A DNA stretch of 64,000 bases from Octopus vulgaris (taxonomy: Eukaryota). Positions within the stretch are counted from its first letter, which is position 1. Every line of letters begins with the position of its first letter. The notes under the pieces were generated by a model. That model worked only from the letters and a program-made list of their open reading frames with translations, did no database searches and was not told the origin of the DNA. Location of the stretch: positions 12,648,001 to 12,712,000 of the forward strand of contig OX597816.1 of the NCBI GenBank assembly GCA_951406725.2, given 5' to 3'. Below are positions 13,142 to 26,850 of the stretch, in pieces. The translations under genes were made by a program, and so were the position numbers.

Positions 13142-13488
13142 TCAAAATTTTTAATTCTGCAGAAATAACCTAACGCTATAACTTTCGACAATTTTGTTGA
13201 AGTCCTACATCTGGGGTTCTTTTATGTTTCATCATTTATTTGTTTCGGTTATTTGACTGCGGCCATTCTGGTGCATCGCCTTTAGTTGAATAAATCGACC
13301 CCAAGACTGTTTCAGATGAACAAATTGATCCTGAAATTTAATTTTTTTGAAGTCGGACTCTTATTTATTAGTCTGATTTACGTGCACATGAACAAACCAA
13401 CACCGTTAGCCAAGCGGTGGTTGTAGCCAAGCACAGTCACACACATACACATATGTAAATGTGTTTGTGTGTGTGTGTTTGTGCTGAT

Positions 13489-13790
13489 ACCCCCTTCGGT
13501 CATGACTGACCATGAGATTGCACCTAGAAACTTACCCTCCCAGGCACAAGTCCGAGCAAGGTTGTTTATGGAAGACCAGCAGTCGCCCATGCATACCGGC
13601 CCCCTTCTCCAAGACACCAGTGTTATCCAAGGGAAAGGCAAAGGAGCCGATACAGCTTGGCACCTGTGACGTCGCAACTCATTTCTACAGTTAAGTGAAC
13701 TGGAGCAACGTGAAATAAAGTTTCTTGCTTAAGAACACAACACGGAGCCCGGTCCGGGATTCGAACTTACAACCTCACGAACGTAGGCTC
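13489..13790 (-). mobile_element. SINE family D
   Basis: Matches 16999-17560 once the nested insert is removed. Confidence 0.85.
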
Positions 13791-14317
13791 GTAAGTTATT
13801 TCCACATTGTTAGGTCAGTCGGTAATGTCGGAGATGTTATGATGAAAGAACTATTTTCTTGGAAAATTGTCACAACATAGTTGTGGAATTAGATTGACGC
13901 AACAGCAATAGAAAAGAGAATATAATAACCGTGGAGGAAGGTGAGGAGATTTGGTTGAAGAAATAAAGTAGTGGAATGGCAGACCACTGAATGATGTCAA
14001 AAGTAAAAAGAAAAAAATATACAATGAATCAATTTTAGATGGCCATGCAATAATAGTAGGGCTTTGTTCGAGAAGATATTAACTTTCCCAAGTTTCCTAG
14101 AGTATGTTTCTGGAAGTGCTTTTATTTTACGAATATTTCCGATCTTGTGTTTATATTAAAGTCTTGATTATAAACATTTTTGCGCTGTTATTGTTTTCTA
14201 CCGTGGAAAGAAAATGAAGTTTCTTCAAATTTTATAGCGGTTCAGAGTGTCTGATTATTTTCCCATTGGTACTATTTGTCTGAATTAATGTTTTTCATTA
14301 CCAGAAAAAAATACTTT

Positions 14318-14734
14318 TTTACTCTTTTCCTTGCTTCAGTCATGTGGCTGAGGCCATGCTGGAGTACCGCCTTTAGTCAAGCAAATCAACCTCAGGACTT
14401 ATTCTCTGTAAGCCTAGTACTTATTCTATAGCTCTCTTTTGCCGAACCTCTATGTTACGGAGACGTAAAACACATGCCTGTGTTTGTCCCCCAACATCAA
14501 GCGATGTTGGGGGGGGGGGACAAACACAGACACACAAACACACACACACACACACACACATACACATATATATATACGACGGGCTCCTTTCAGTTTCCGT
14601 CTACCAAATCCACTCATAAGGCTTTGGTCGGCCCGATGCTATAGTAGAAGACATTTGCCCAAGGTACCATGCAGTGGGACTGAACCCGGAACCATGTGTT
14701 TGGTAAGCAAGCTACTTACCTCACAGCCACTCCT
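14318..14734 (-). mobile_element. SINE B
   Basis: Family consensus in reverse. Confidence 0.9.
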
Positions 14735-15354
14735 AGCTTCCTTCATACCATACAGCATATTTATTCTTCCTAGTTTTCCAACAAGAAACTGCATATTGAG
14801 ACAGTCAAGAATATATAACAAGTATTATCGAATTATTTTTTCTTCGTAAAAGAAGCAGAATCACTTTTACATATTTTCGAAGTATATTTTTCTTAGTACT
14901 TCTGAACATACGGTCTGAATGAGTTCTACGCAAGAAACCTCTGATAGTTCCACCAGATACCTGTTCTGTATGGTTTTATAAATATACAATATATCATATA
15001 TTTCTATCGAGTGGTATATTTTAATGTTTCTGATATTATTTACTAAATGGATACAACATAATCACGTTTCTATGTAACACACTTTATATATTATGATAAC
15101 GTTTGAACGATTTCTAATTTACAGACGCGCACATAGCGTATATCAAGATGTTGATTCAGCAATCGCAATATTCATATTGTATATCCAGACGTGGTTTCAA
15201 CGATTTGCAACAGAAATTTGTTACCACTTCAAATATTTCTGAAGCGTATTCGGACCCCTTAAAGATATAATTCACTGTATTTTGTTATGGAGGAAGTTTC
15301 TCGTAGTAGTCAGATAAATGTAAATACACCGAGTCAGCTCACAGTGATGCTAAC

Positions 15355-15405
15355 CAGACTGTTAGATACATCCGTTTCGGAGTAGTTATCACCTCATCAG
15401 TTGCA
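15355..15405 (-). ncRNA. Degenerate hammerhead-like motif
   Basis: CTGATGA GGTG ataacta CTCC GAAA C GGAT GTA; stem I is not recoverable. Confidence 0.35.
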
Positions 15406-15471
15406 GAGGTTGGGAAAACAGACACTGAAAACGGACACGAGAGACAGGTCCATCCTATGATGATGATGATG

Positions 15472-15547
<76 letters not shown>

Positions 15548-15571
15548 TAATAATGATAATAATAATAATAA

Positions 15572-15873
15572 GGAAGTTATTGTATACAGTGCTCAGGTGC
15601 ACCACAACTTGTCAGAAAGTGCGTACAAAGCATATGCAGTAATGTACAAATGTCTGGGAAGTGAACAGTGTATGAGTCAGATACATGCTTGCGTGTGTAT
15701 GGAGGGGAGAAAATCAGGTGTAGTGTTGGTGAATCTCAGAAAGCATGGAAGTTTTGAAGGATGCAGTGCTCCGACAACTAACAACTAATGCCGGCAGTTT
15801 GTTCCATACTTCAGCAACTCTTAGCGTGAAAAAAATGTTTCTGAAAGTCATGGGAGCTATGCTGTTTTCTGAC
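15572..15873 (-). mobile_element. CR1-like LINE 3' end
   Basis: FRNIFFTLRVAEVWNKLPALVVSCRSTASFK fits the CR1 ORF2 C-terminal FF..RV...WN.LP..VV......FK motif; followed by a UTR and (TTA)n. Confidence 0.85.
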
Positions 15874-16998
15874 TTAGCAAATTTTCTGATATTCCCGTCA
15901 TCGTTTAATGACTGGTTGCGCCATGCAGCATATATATTACTTGTCAGACAATCCTTCAAATGGATTGAGATATGTTGAGATATAGAGAGACCCATTATAG
16001 TCGAGCGCCCGTAATATTGCAAAATGGGGACTTTACCGAATATGGAATTATATCATTCAGACCACTCTGCCAAAAAGTATTCTAAATTATTCAAATAATC
16101 TCTGAATCAGGAATAGCCAAGAGAAAACCGGGGATTTAGTTAGGTGCATGTAGTTGAAAGCGCATTTGATCAACTCTAACTTAAATAATACAACATCAAA
16201 CAACCATGGTAGCAAAGCATGGAACTACCCTTCGACCTTCTAGATTTAATAGCGAACATTAAATCCAGCCTCTTGAATTTAATAACGAACATAAAATCTT
16301 ACTTTTCGAATATAATAACGAATATTATATTTCGTTAGCACAATAATACCTTCCAAACTACTCTTAAATATGATATAAACAAATTCAAGAAATGTTATAA
16401 GGCCCTAATTTTTTCAGATGAAATTAGAAAATTTATGAGATAGGAAAGATGCTCCTGAAACAGATACTCGATAATAACATGACACACATTTGATCTTGCT
16501 GATTTAATAAAGTAAATTAGATTGCGTTAATATAATCATGATTTTCGAAGTAAGGTTAAAACAATATAAAGCACATTAAGAAATCAAATGCAGCAGTAGT
16601 GGTTTTCAGACAGATCTAGAATCCTGTATGATATAGATGGGATATCTTTTGTACAACACTTTGTGTTGACGCCATGACATGTTTAGAAATGAATGAAGCA
16701 TTCTGGCGTTGTACATGCTATTCAATATTTTTTTCATGGAAGCTGCAAATGTCCATGTTATCGAACCATAAACTAAAATTCATTCAGCTGCAGCTCTGAA
16801 AACGATTATTTCAGTTTTGCGTGGAAGATAAGGAATTCTATATCTTACGCAAGCATTAAAACAATTAAGCATTTACCATGCTTTACTAATTCTCATTTCT
16901 GTATCATTTTTGGATTTGGAGATATGACTTCCGAAGTAATTGTAGTCATCTAATTTCGGTTTCATCTCCATTCAGACAATGCAAGATTTCATATAATT

Positions 16999-17560
16999 GA
17001 GACCCCCTTCGGTGATGACTGACCATGGGATTGCACTTAGAAGGTTACCCTCCCAGGCACAAAGCCGAGAAAGGTTGTTTATAAGGCGGCGAGCTGACAG
17101 AATCGTTAGCCCGCTGGGCGAAATGCTTAGCGGTATTTCGTCTACCGCTACGTTCTGAGTTCAAAATCCGCCGAGGTCGACTTTGCCTTTCATCCTTTCG
17201 GGGCCGATTAAATAAGTACCAGTTACGCACTGAGGTCGATATAATCGACTTAATCCGTTTGTTTGTCCACTCTGTGTTTAGCCCCTTGTGGGTAGTGAAG
17301 AAATAGGTTGTTTATGGAAGACCAGCAGTCGCCCATGCATACCGGCCTCCCCTCTTCACGCCACCAGTTTTATCCAAGGGAAAGGCAACAGCAGATACAG
17401 CTTGGCACCTGTGACGTCGAACTCATTTCTACAGGTGAGTGAACTAGAGCAACGTGAAATAAAGTGTCTTGCTCAAGAACACAACACGCAGTCCTGTCCG
17501 GGATTCAACTTCCAACCTCACCACCGTAAGCTGGACGCTCTAACCACTGAGCCATGCGCC
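16999..17560 (-). mobile_element. SINE D carrying a nested SINE A (17083-17304, + strand)
   Basis: tRNA-like head ggcgcatggctcagtggttagagcg; 11-bp target-site duplication aggttgtttat at 17072-17082 and 17305-17315. Confidence 0.9.
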
Positions 17561-18459
17561 ATATAATAATATCATATAATAATACCATAATATAAATGAT
17601 AAATTCAGGCATGGGAAATTGTTAGAAATTTGGTTAAGAAATACAGGCGATTAAATCGATCGCAGTGTTTCCCCCTACATGGCCTTGCTATTTGCTTTTG
17701 AGCCAAATTAACTAACTAACTAACTAACTAACTAATTAACTAACTAATACTTAATTTATCAATCCCCTTAACAGCAAATATTGCTTGAGGGCTGCTTGGG
17801 GGTTTAGTTTTAATGTTTTCTTTGAAAGGGTTTTCCAAATATTGAAATATGTAAGCAGTGTTTGTGCGCATGGTACAGAATATTTTTTTTACATTGTACT
17901 TGAAAAGATGTAAACTCTTATTATTTTTTCAACCCTCTCACACGCAACTTTAGTTTTACCTGTATGATGTTTACATTTATACCGCTGTTTTGACTATTTT
18001 GTCCAGCTCTTTGAACTGTTCCAATCCTGGATGGTTCAACATTTCTCTTCAAGCTTTTTCAGTTTATTCCCAGCGAGACTTTCTTTATTTATTTGTTTAT
18101 TTTTTGGAAGGCCTTTCACCTCTTTGCGAGCTTTCAAATCGAAAGTTCCTTTTGATATATTTCTTCTTTACTGTCAACCACAAAGAACTAGACTAAAGGT
18201 GAGAAAACGCATCGTGTCAGTTTTGAAATAAAAAAACCAAGCTTTCATCAACGATTTGGATCAAAATATATCGTTTTTGTACATTTTGTATTTTCCTGCT
18301 TTCTTTGTATTTTGGGCGGTATCATAGAATTGTTAACAACGGAAATTAGCAGAATTTTTCTCAGCTCTTTGGTTTAGTCTACCAAGCTTTAGTTTCGGAT
18401 TCTATTTTCCGTCGTTTATTTCACTAGTAACTGGGTTATCGAAAGTCATGCGGTAATAT

Positions 18460-18745
<286 letters not shown>

Positions 18746-18802
18746 TGTAAAACTGCAGATTTGAAGCCGAGGATTTTAAACTTACGGAGACAATATCCAC
18801 AT

Positions 18803-18908
18803 ATCGCCTGAAGAAACACAACTAGATCTCATAATGCAGAGCAACAGTTGTATAATCAAGTACCTGAACGCCTGGAGAACTACGTTGAGTGGAAACAATT
18901 GGAGTGAT
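18803..18908 (+). ncRNA. Hammerhead ribozyme remnant with long stem II; U16.1 mutated
   Basis: atcgc CTGAAGA aacacaactag...ctacgttgagtg GAAA CAATTG GA gtgat. Confidence 0.6.
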
Positions 18909-19108
18909 TAGAAAATAAATGCCCGACCGTACCCCTTCTTGCCGATTCCAATTTTTTCAATTCTCTATTCACACATGACAGATGCTCAAACACAAACCTG
19001 GAAGTGCGTATAATACTAGTACTGGATAACACTGGATAAATTGAAGCTAGACGAGCTTTATACTGCACTCTACTACATTCTTAACAGAATATACCATAAC
19101 TACATATA

Positions 19109-19365
19109 TATTATTTAATGGACGTGATAATGTTTTTATGTGCTACTTATAATATCTTATGCTGAGAACGTGCCAGATAATGAATTATAACATAAGTGAC
19201 ATCCCAACACAGATCATTCAATTTTTAGTTCGTTCTACTATGTGGTTTGTGCCTGATGACTGTGTTGGGATGTCACACATGCTATAATTCATTATTTGGC
19301 ATGTTCGCAGCATAAAAATAATATTGGTAGCACATAAAAACATGTATTTTGTCTATTAAATAATA
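19109..19365. repeat. Imperfect inverted repeat with arms of about 110 bp
   Basis: Examples: gtgacatcccaacacag / ctgtgttgggatgtcac and atgtttttatgtgctac / gtagcacataaaaacat. Confidence 0.85.
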
Positions 19366-19399
19366 GTTACCTCACACAAGACGGAGTACAGTTTTGTTG

Positions 19400-19509
19400 A
19401 TCTTACCATCACGGAACAGTACATCACACACACATACACACGCACACACACGTGTGTGTGTATATGCGTGTCCCTGCGTGTGTAATGTACTGTTCCGTGA
19501 TGATAAGAT
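19400..19509. repeat. Fold-back palindrome with a (CA)n/(TG)n centre
   Basis: catcacggaacagtacat / atgtactgttccgtgatg are perfect 18-bp arms. Confidence 0.85.
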
Positions 19510-19536
19510 ATACATACATACATATCTATATCTATA

Positions 19537-19638
<102 letters not shown>

Positions 19639-19643
19639 GGTGT

Positions 19644-19688
19644 AAACTGTCCGACGAACGGGATCATGAAACTCCGAGTAACAGGTTT
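19644..19688 (+). ncRNA. Minimal hammerhead ribozyme, U4C core family
   Basis: ctgt CCGACGA acg ggat cat GAAA CTCCGAG TA acag; homologous to 40508-40545. Confidence 0.65.
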
Positions 19689-19716
19689 TGTTGAATTTCT
19701 GGTGCTTTAAATAAAG

Positions 19717-19822
<106 letters not shown>

Positions 19823-19899
19823 CATACACATACATATACATATACTGATACATAGATATAAACATCGGTGTGGGTATGAGTGAGTGGATTTGCTGCGTT

Positions 19900-20800
19900 T
19901 CAGATAAGGAACTATAAGCAATATGATGCAGTTTTCGTTATAGATACAGTATATTTTCCGACTATATTTCTAAATTTGCATCCCAAGGAAACCCCAAGGT
20001 CTTGTGAGTTAATTAATATCGCTTTGATTTTAGCATCTACCCACATATATCTTTCTATTTCATATTTTCTCATATACTTTATATTTTTACGAGACTCTTC
20101 ATATTCTATCTTTGCTGTCGATAAGAGCTTTATATTTTCTTCCTATTTTCTAACTCTTTTTCTAATTATGCATGTTACATAACGATTCACGTGTCTTACT
20201 CCGCATTCATTATTTATTCATTAACCAGTCGTTGTTACTAATTATGTGTGCATTTAGGAATTTGTACGTAATTTCTTATTTTAGATATTTTTGTTTTGGC
20301 GCTACGGTTATTTTATTATAACGAGAAAGACGTATTTTTCTTTCGCCTGTTTCTAAAATAATTACAAAGTTCATCTTCTGCTGGCTTTCATTTATTTTCG
20401 TTTTCAAGTTTCACCTTTCTGCTTCATTTCTAATTGACTTCATTTAACTGGCGCCAAACTAGAGCAATTAGGACAGCCGTATATCTTAGTGTTAGGAGTT
20501 CATTTCCTTATAATTGTTTTCTTGAAGTATTTCTAGATACCACCCAAACTTTTTCCTAAATATTCAACTGTCTTGTTCATTAATTTCCAAATATTTCTAT
20601 GTCTATCACTTGTTTAATTTATGTTTCTTTTCTACCCTCGTCAATGTGTAGCTATCTTGTGTTTTCTGCTCTTAGAGATAATTTCCGCTTTACTTCTCCG
20701 AACCAAATATCACCAAATACTCCATGCATCATTTTTATGACAAGTTATGAGAGACACGTTTCCATTATCGCCAACTCACTACTCACATCCACTTAATATA
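19900..20800 (-). pseudogene. Highly decayed R4/Dong-like RT-region fragment
   Basis: Scattered motifs KYLEINEQD, LRYTAVLI and AILINSQD in the expected order. Confidence 0.4.
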
Positions 20801-20814
20801 CAGCTGTCGAATCA

Positions 20815-21420
20815 TTAACACTTATCACTGAAGCAGACTTATTATGGAAATCGTGAATGAAAGAGAAACGATTGATAAGTATGGAGACCTGCGAATTGAA
20901 ATCACTACAAGGGACCAGCTACGAGAGTCAAACTTAAACGTCGTCCTTATTGTCATCAGAGCATTGGGTTCAATACCACTCTATCTTTAAAAACACCTGG
21001 AAACCTTAGGCGTATTGCAAAAATCAGCTTTACTTGGAACTGTATGCATATTTATTTCTATATTGCCTGCAGGGTGCTAAATATAGAGAGGACAAACAAG
21101 GAAGGACACTGGGATTAAGTCAATTACATCGACCCCAGTGTGTAACTGGTACTCATTTAATCGACCCCGAAAGGATGAAAGGCAAAGTCGACTTCAGCGG
21201 AATTTCAACTCAGAACGTAACGGCAGACGAAATGCAGCTACGCATTTCGCCCGGCGTGCTAACGTTTCTGCCAGCTCACCGCCTTGAACTGCACGCATAT
21301 TGCGTAAAGTACTGTCTGTCTGGGGTCCTTGTTGTGACTTGACGGACAGTACAAACCTTGGGTAGACAAAATATCTTCAATCAACAACACCGCGATATTG
21401 GATGCTGTATGACGTCTTAA
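20815..21420 (+). mobile_element. R4/Dong-like 3' fragment interrupted by SINE A (21052-21285, - strand)
   Basis: IDKYGDLRIEI...VVLIVIRALGSIP...LQKSALLGT, resuming as ILRKVLSV after the SINE; 15-bp target-site duplication at 21037-21051 and 21286-21300. Confidence 0.8.
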
Positions 21421-21444
21421 AAAAAAAAAAATTTTTAATAAATA

Positions 21445-21475
<31 letters not shown>

Positions 21476-21735
21476 TAACACTAACAATAATACTTTCCGT
21501 TGTAGGCAAAAGGCCTGACATTTGTTTTTTTTCGTGGGGCGGGACTAGTCATTTATTTTGATTTAAGTGGTCAGCTGGTAATTGCTTCATTGATCCCGAA
21601 AGGATGAGAGGCAAAGTCGAGCCCAACGGAATTTGATTTCAGAATATCTGCATTTTGCGTTGCAGCAAACATTAGCTCAAGTCTAATGTCCTCACGAAGC
21701 AAAAAACGATTATTAAAAAGGTCAGAAATGTGTGC

Positions 21736-21799
<64 letters not shown>

Positions 21800-23494
21800 A
21801 TGTGTGTGTGCGTGTGTGCGTGCGTGTCCGACTGTGTGCTTGTGTGAGAGTGTGTCTATACGCCGTCTTGTATTATAAGAAAACAATGAGAAGCAATTCG
21901 GTGTTTTCATAAGAAAAAGTCATTCACCACAGAACAATACGTTTGCACTCGGTTCTCGAATGAATCTGAAAATTTTCTGTCTCTATGTAAGATTACTTTT
22001 TACCACAATATTTTTTTTAAACATCAATAAATATACATTTTATATAATAGCTAACATAGCAGTTCCCATGTCTTGCAAAGCCCTTCGGGGGAAATAATTC
22101 TCCTTTATTATTCATAAAACTGTCGATTATAGGTTTTGAAATTTATACACACACACACACACATACATAGATACATTCATATATATATGTATATATGTGT
22201 GTGTATATTTAACATGTTTTCGTTGAAAATTCTTCTTTTTTTTTTTACTGATAATAAGTTGCGAATAAGTATTTCTTTTTTATTTTCTGATTTCGATAAT
22301 ATTTTTCAAAAATTTATCTTTTGTGCGGATATATTTAGATGTAATTTATTTTCAATTGTGTTTTACTGTGTCACTAGTTCAAACACAAAAGTAACATACG
22401 TATGTATGTATGCGTATATATATATATATTTATCTATATATCTATCTATATATATGTGCATATATATGTGCATATATATATATATTTATATATATATATA
22501 TATGCATATATATATGTATATATATATGTATGTATATATGTATGTATGCATATATGTATGTCTGTATGCATATATGTATGTCTGTATGTATGTGTATATA
22601 TATATATATATTCTCAAAACATATTACAATGAAGTATGTTGTGCTATTTCTATATATATATATATATATGAGAAGCAACAGAATAACGAAAACGTAATGT
22701 CCAATGAAAGAAAAACACATATTTATGACATGACAGAGTAAATAAAAGCACCGAAAATGGTATGAGAACGGCCACCAAAGGGAAAAATCAAAGTTCCCCA
22801 AGAAGCCTAGAGCCTTCTACTGCCAGTACTCACCCTGTCGCGACTGCAAATAGCTGATAAAGTTGAACCATTGGTTTTCTTATACACATAAATTTCACAT
22901 GTTGATACTACTAGTCTCAAACTCTATTCGGTGCTGCGGCTCTCTAACTGCCCTAAAATTCTATCGCAGTGGATATCTGAAACCGTTATTTAGGGGTTGA
23001 GTGGGAGAAACAGTTTGCTTTCAGCTGTTCCGTCTCTTTTGAATTGACAACAAATACAGAAAAGAAACGTGTTCTGATTTTCCGAAGGAATGCAATGGGA
23101 CAAAGTTTAAGGGGATCCAACTGATAGCCTGTTCCGTCGTATGTGCGATGGTATCCGTTCTACATAGTTCCACATGTCAGCAGAAGTTATCACAAACCAT
23201 TAATTTCGAATGTAATGCTACCATACGAAAGATCGATGCACGCTTTCTACAGTCTTTGGGACTTCCTGTCCTCTGTTGTAGCCTACTCATCAGCTCGCTA
23301 TTTGTTCCCAAAGTCTCCCTAATAATATCACAGATGTAGTAAAGATTGTTTGCCAACATAACATGGCAGTCTTGGTTTAGGACGAATGTTGCTGTAATTC
23401 AACCCCAGGAGACATCTTCTCCAGCTGGCTATACGACACGATCTGCATCCTTATATTTTCGAACAAGCATCTAACACCCCACTCAGCTCAGATC

Positions 23495-23547
23495 AATATC
23501 TGTGTATCGCGATTTCTGAGTTATTTTCCTTCATCAGCACAGATGTT
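23495..23547 (-). ncRNA. Minimal hammerhead ribozyme with decayed stem II
   Basis: atctgtg CTGATGA aggaaaataactca GAAA TCGCGA TA cacagat; 7-bp stem I and palindromic stem III. Confidence 0.7.
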
Positions 23548-24069
23548 CAGCTTTCTTTCGTATTGCTTGGTAAGTAGAGAATGGTGACTGTCTGATATTC
23601 TTTGGGATCGGATTCTCAATTTTGACTTACGTTTCATTCAAGAATTCTGCTTTTTCAAACAAAATACCTAAATATTCTCGACAAAGTTCGAAAACACCTG
23701 CACATCATATAACAATCTGCAGATTCTGAACTCTCGGCGCATAAATGAGCATGCTCTGCCAGACTGTTCTAATTTCACCGTACATGTAGAAGGTACTGAA
23801 AGTCGATGGACTAACTGCAGGTTGAACCTGACCCTTCTCAAAGAAGCAACATGTTAAGTGTTTCAATCTTGTTTGCTGTATTTTTGAGTAAAGGACGATG
23901 GTGATAAAATGAAAGCGTTTGTCCATTCTTGACTTTCCTTAAATAGACTTTCCTGTGTTTACTTCCAACTGAGACTGTTTAATCCCGTTTGAAATCTCCT
24001 CACAATTCCCCTCAAATGACAAGGGCCGACCTATAGCAAAAACTAGGCATCGCATTAACAAGGATACTG

Positions 24070-24253
24070 TTCTTTTCTACTCTAGGCACAAGGGGCGAAA
24101 TTTTGTGGGAGGTGGAGCCAGTCAATTAGATCGACCTCAGTACACAGCTGGTACTTAATTTATCGACCCCCGAAAGGACGAAAGGTAAAGTCAACCTCGA
24201 CGGAATTTGAACTCAACGTAAAGACAACGTAAATTCTGCCAACTCGCCGCCCT
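24070..24253 (-). mobile_element. SINE A, tail type 2
   Basis: Family consensus in reverse. Confidence 0.8.
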
Positions 24254-24477
24254 TGTAACAAGGAATATGATTCATAATTTAAATAAGGAATTTTGTGAAC
24301 TTTGAATGTAAAAGAGTATAAACAAACAAAAATAGTGTAAGCAACTAAAATATAAGTATATCTAAATAAGTTTATTTTTTCTTAATACTTCTTATGTAGT
24401 GGTCGAAGGAACCTCTGGCTTTTGTTAGGAGTGGTCCACATAACCATTCATGATACAGAGGTTGGGAGCCTATTTCA

Positions 24478-24721
24478 GACGAAATACCTATTTCTTTACT
24501 ACCCACAAGGGGCTAAACACAAAAGGGACAAACAAGGACAGACAAACGGATTAAGTCGATAATATCGCCCCCAGTGCGTAACTGGCACTTATTTAATCGC
24601 CCTCGAAAGGATGAAAGGCAAAGCCGACCTCGGCGGAATTTGGACTCAGAACGTAGCGGCAGACAAAATACCGCTATGCATTTCGCCTGGCGTGCCAACG
24701 TTTCTGCCAGCTCACCACCTT
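24478..24721 (-). mobile_element. SINE A, tail type 1
   Basis: Family consensus in reverse. Confidence 0.9.
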
Positions 24722-25669
24722 AACTGAATAGAGATATTGCATCAAGTTTTACCAAAAGCTTGGCGATACTCGGGTTAAAATGATCCAGAAGATTCAGAAG
24801 GCCTTTGGCAATGATGCCTTAGGAAAAAAACTCAGTGGGAGAAGTGGTGCAACTGCTTCAAACATAGCCGCACTTCAAAAGGAGGCTGGGGTACGCTTAG
24901 ATAAGCCATCCATAAACCAAAATGAGGAACGGATTGAGAAGGTTCGGTGAATAGTCATGGAAGACCGTCGTATAATAGTCCAAGAAATTGTTCACGAAAT
25001 GAGAATAAGCATTGGTTCAGTGCATTCCATTTTAACGGAGGATTTGTACATGTGGAGTTTGTTAATGAAATTCGCCCCCAAGTTGCTGACCAAGCAGCAA
25101 AGTAACTCCGAATGGAAATCGCTCAAGATATGTTGGACTGAGAAAACCACTGAAGGAACAGACAAAGAGACGGAGAGGCAGACAGACAGACAGACAGACA
25201 GACATTATGCTCATTATAGTAAGATAGCGAATCTATGATGGGAAATAAAAGATTTAGTATCGCAAATCTAAACCCTTCGGGGGAATCCAGATTTAATCCT
25301 CGCCGCCGGAATTTAACAAAAGCAAAAACCAAAAAATCAAAGGTGATTTATTAATACAAAACTCAATATCCACTGAATAATCATATTTCTCCACATTTTT
25401 GTTTCTCTAAAAACCGTTCTTGATGGCTATTATCACTAGTGACGGGGCATGGGTTTATGTCTCTGCTCAATGAAATCGCTCATTTTGCGTGACAACAAAG
25501 CCCCGACAAGCGCGCAATGTATTTCTGTACTCAAGGCATAACAGCTGAGAACTGAGTCGGCTTACACTCAGAAAGGGTAGTGTCACCTCCTGCTGAAATA
25601 ATTTTTACCACGTGGTATTAGTTTTGGCGGTAAAAAATAAAGACAGATGTTTTTTGAATGTACCTCGTA
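24722..25669 (+). pseudogene. mariner transposase remnant
   Basis: RYCIKFYQKLG...EDRRIIVQEIVHEMRISIGSVHSILTEDL...KFAPKLLT (HTH plus WVPKLL-like motif), then IITSDGAWVY (first catalytic D); ends in cctcgta. Confidence 0.85.
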
Positions 25670-26442
25670 AATACCTGAAAATGGAACTAACCGGAGCAAC
25701 GAATTGGCTGAGTTATTAGCAAGTTGCACAAAATACTAAGTTGGACTTCTAACTTTTTTACACTCTGAGTTCGAATCCCGCTGAGACCAACTTTGCTTTG
25801 CATTCTTCAGAATCGATAAGATCAAGTGCCAATCAAATACTGGGGACGCTGTTATCGACTTCACTTCTTCCCACAAAATTCTTGGCCTTTCACACCGAAG
25901 AGTAGTAGTAGTAGTAGTAGTAGTAGCAGTAGGAGGAGGAGTGTTTAGATGTAGAAGTAGTAACGGAATATAATTATTATTTTGGTAAAAATATGGAGAG
26001 GACTGAAAGAAAATGTTCTAAAGTTTTATCTTTGATGTCTACGTAAATAACAATGGTTGATTGAGTTTTATTTCAAGTAAGAAGTAATTTCTCTCTCCGA
26101 AAATCAATAATTTTCTACCACCACTATAGAAACATCTGTGATATTAAAATGGAACACACACAAGAATTTTGCTTGAAATGTGCTGTAAATAATGAAATAA
26201 AATACGTAATATGTATTCCTGCGTGCGTTAACATGGGCCTCCTAACGACAAGTTAAAATCTCGTTTGATCAAGAGAAACTTGTCCTAAAGATTAGCCTGA
26301 GGAATACACTTTTTTCTGAATTTTCGCTGCTTCAGAGCTTCTACTCGCCATGGAACATATGTGGCCCAGACTTCATCTACACAATTCCTTAACTCTTGTA
26401 TTTTTATTCGCATATCCGGCAAACCTGGCTGCCAACCGTAAT

Positions 26443-26850
26443 GAGTGGATGTGTGGTAAGTAGCTTGCTTACCAACCACATGGTTCCGGGTTTGGTCCCA
26501 CTGCATGACGCTTTGGGCACGCCTCTTCTACTATAGCCTCCGGCCGACCAAAGCCTTCTGAGTGGATTTAGTAGACGGAAACTGAAAGAAGCCCGTCGTA
26601 TATATATGTATATATATATGTGTGTGTGTATATGTTTGTGTGTCTGTCTTTGCCCCCCCTCCCCAACATCACTTGACAACAGATGCTGGTATGTTTATGT
26701 CCCCGTAACTTAGCGGTTCGGCAAAAGACACCAATAGAATAAGTACTAGGCTTACAAAGAATAAGTCCTGGAGTCGATTTGCTCGACTAAAGGCGGTGCT
26801 CCAGCATGGCCACAGTCAAATGACCGAAACAAATAAAATAGTAAAAGAGT
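26443..26850 (+). mobile_element. SINE B, full length
   Basis: Family consensus; aaccgt on both flanks. Confidence 0.9.

Noticed and set aside
17490-17560. tRNA gene
   Set aside because: The tRNA-like sequence is the SINE D head and continues into the SINE body; the same applies to the other SINE heads
17770-18450. Possible transposase remnant on the minus strand
   Set aside because: No motif I could assign with confidence
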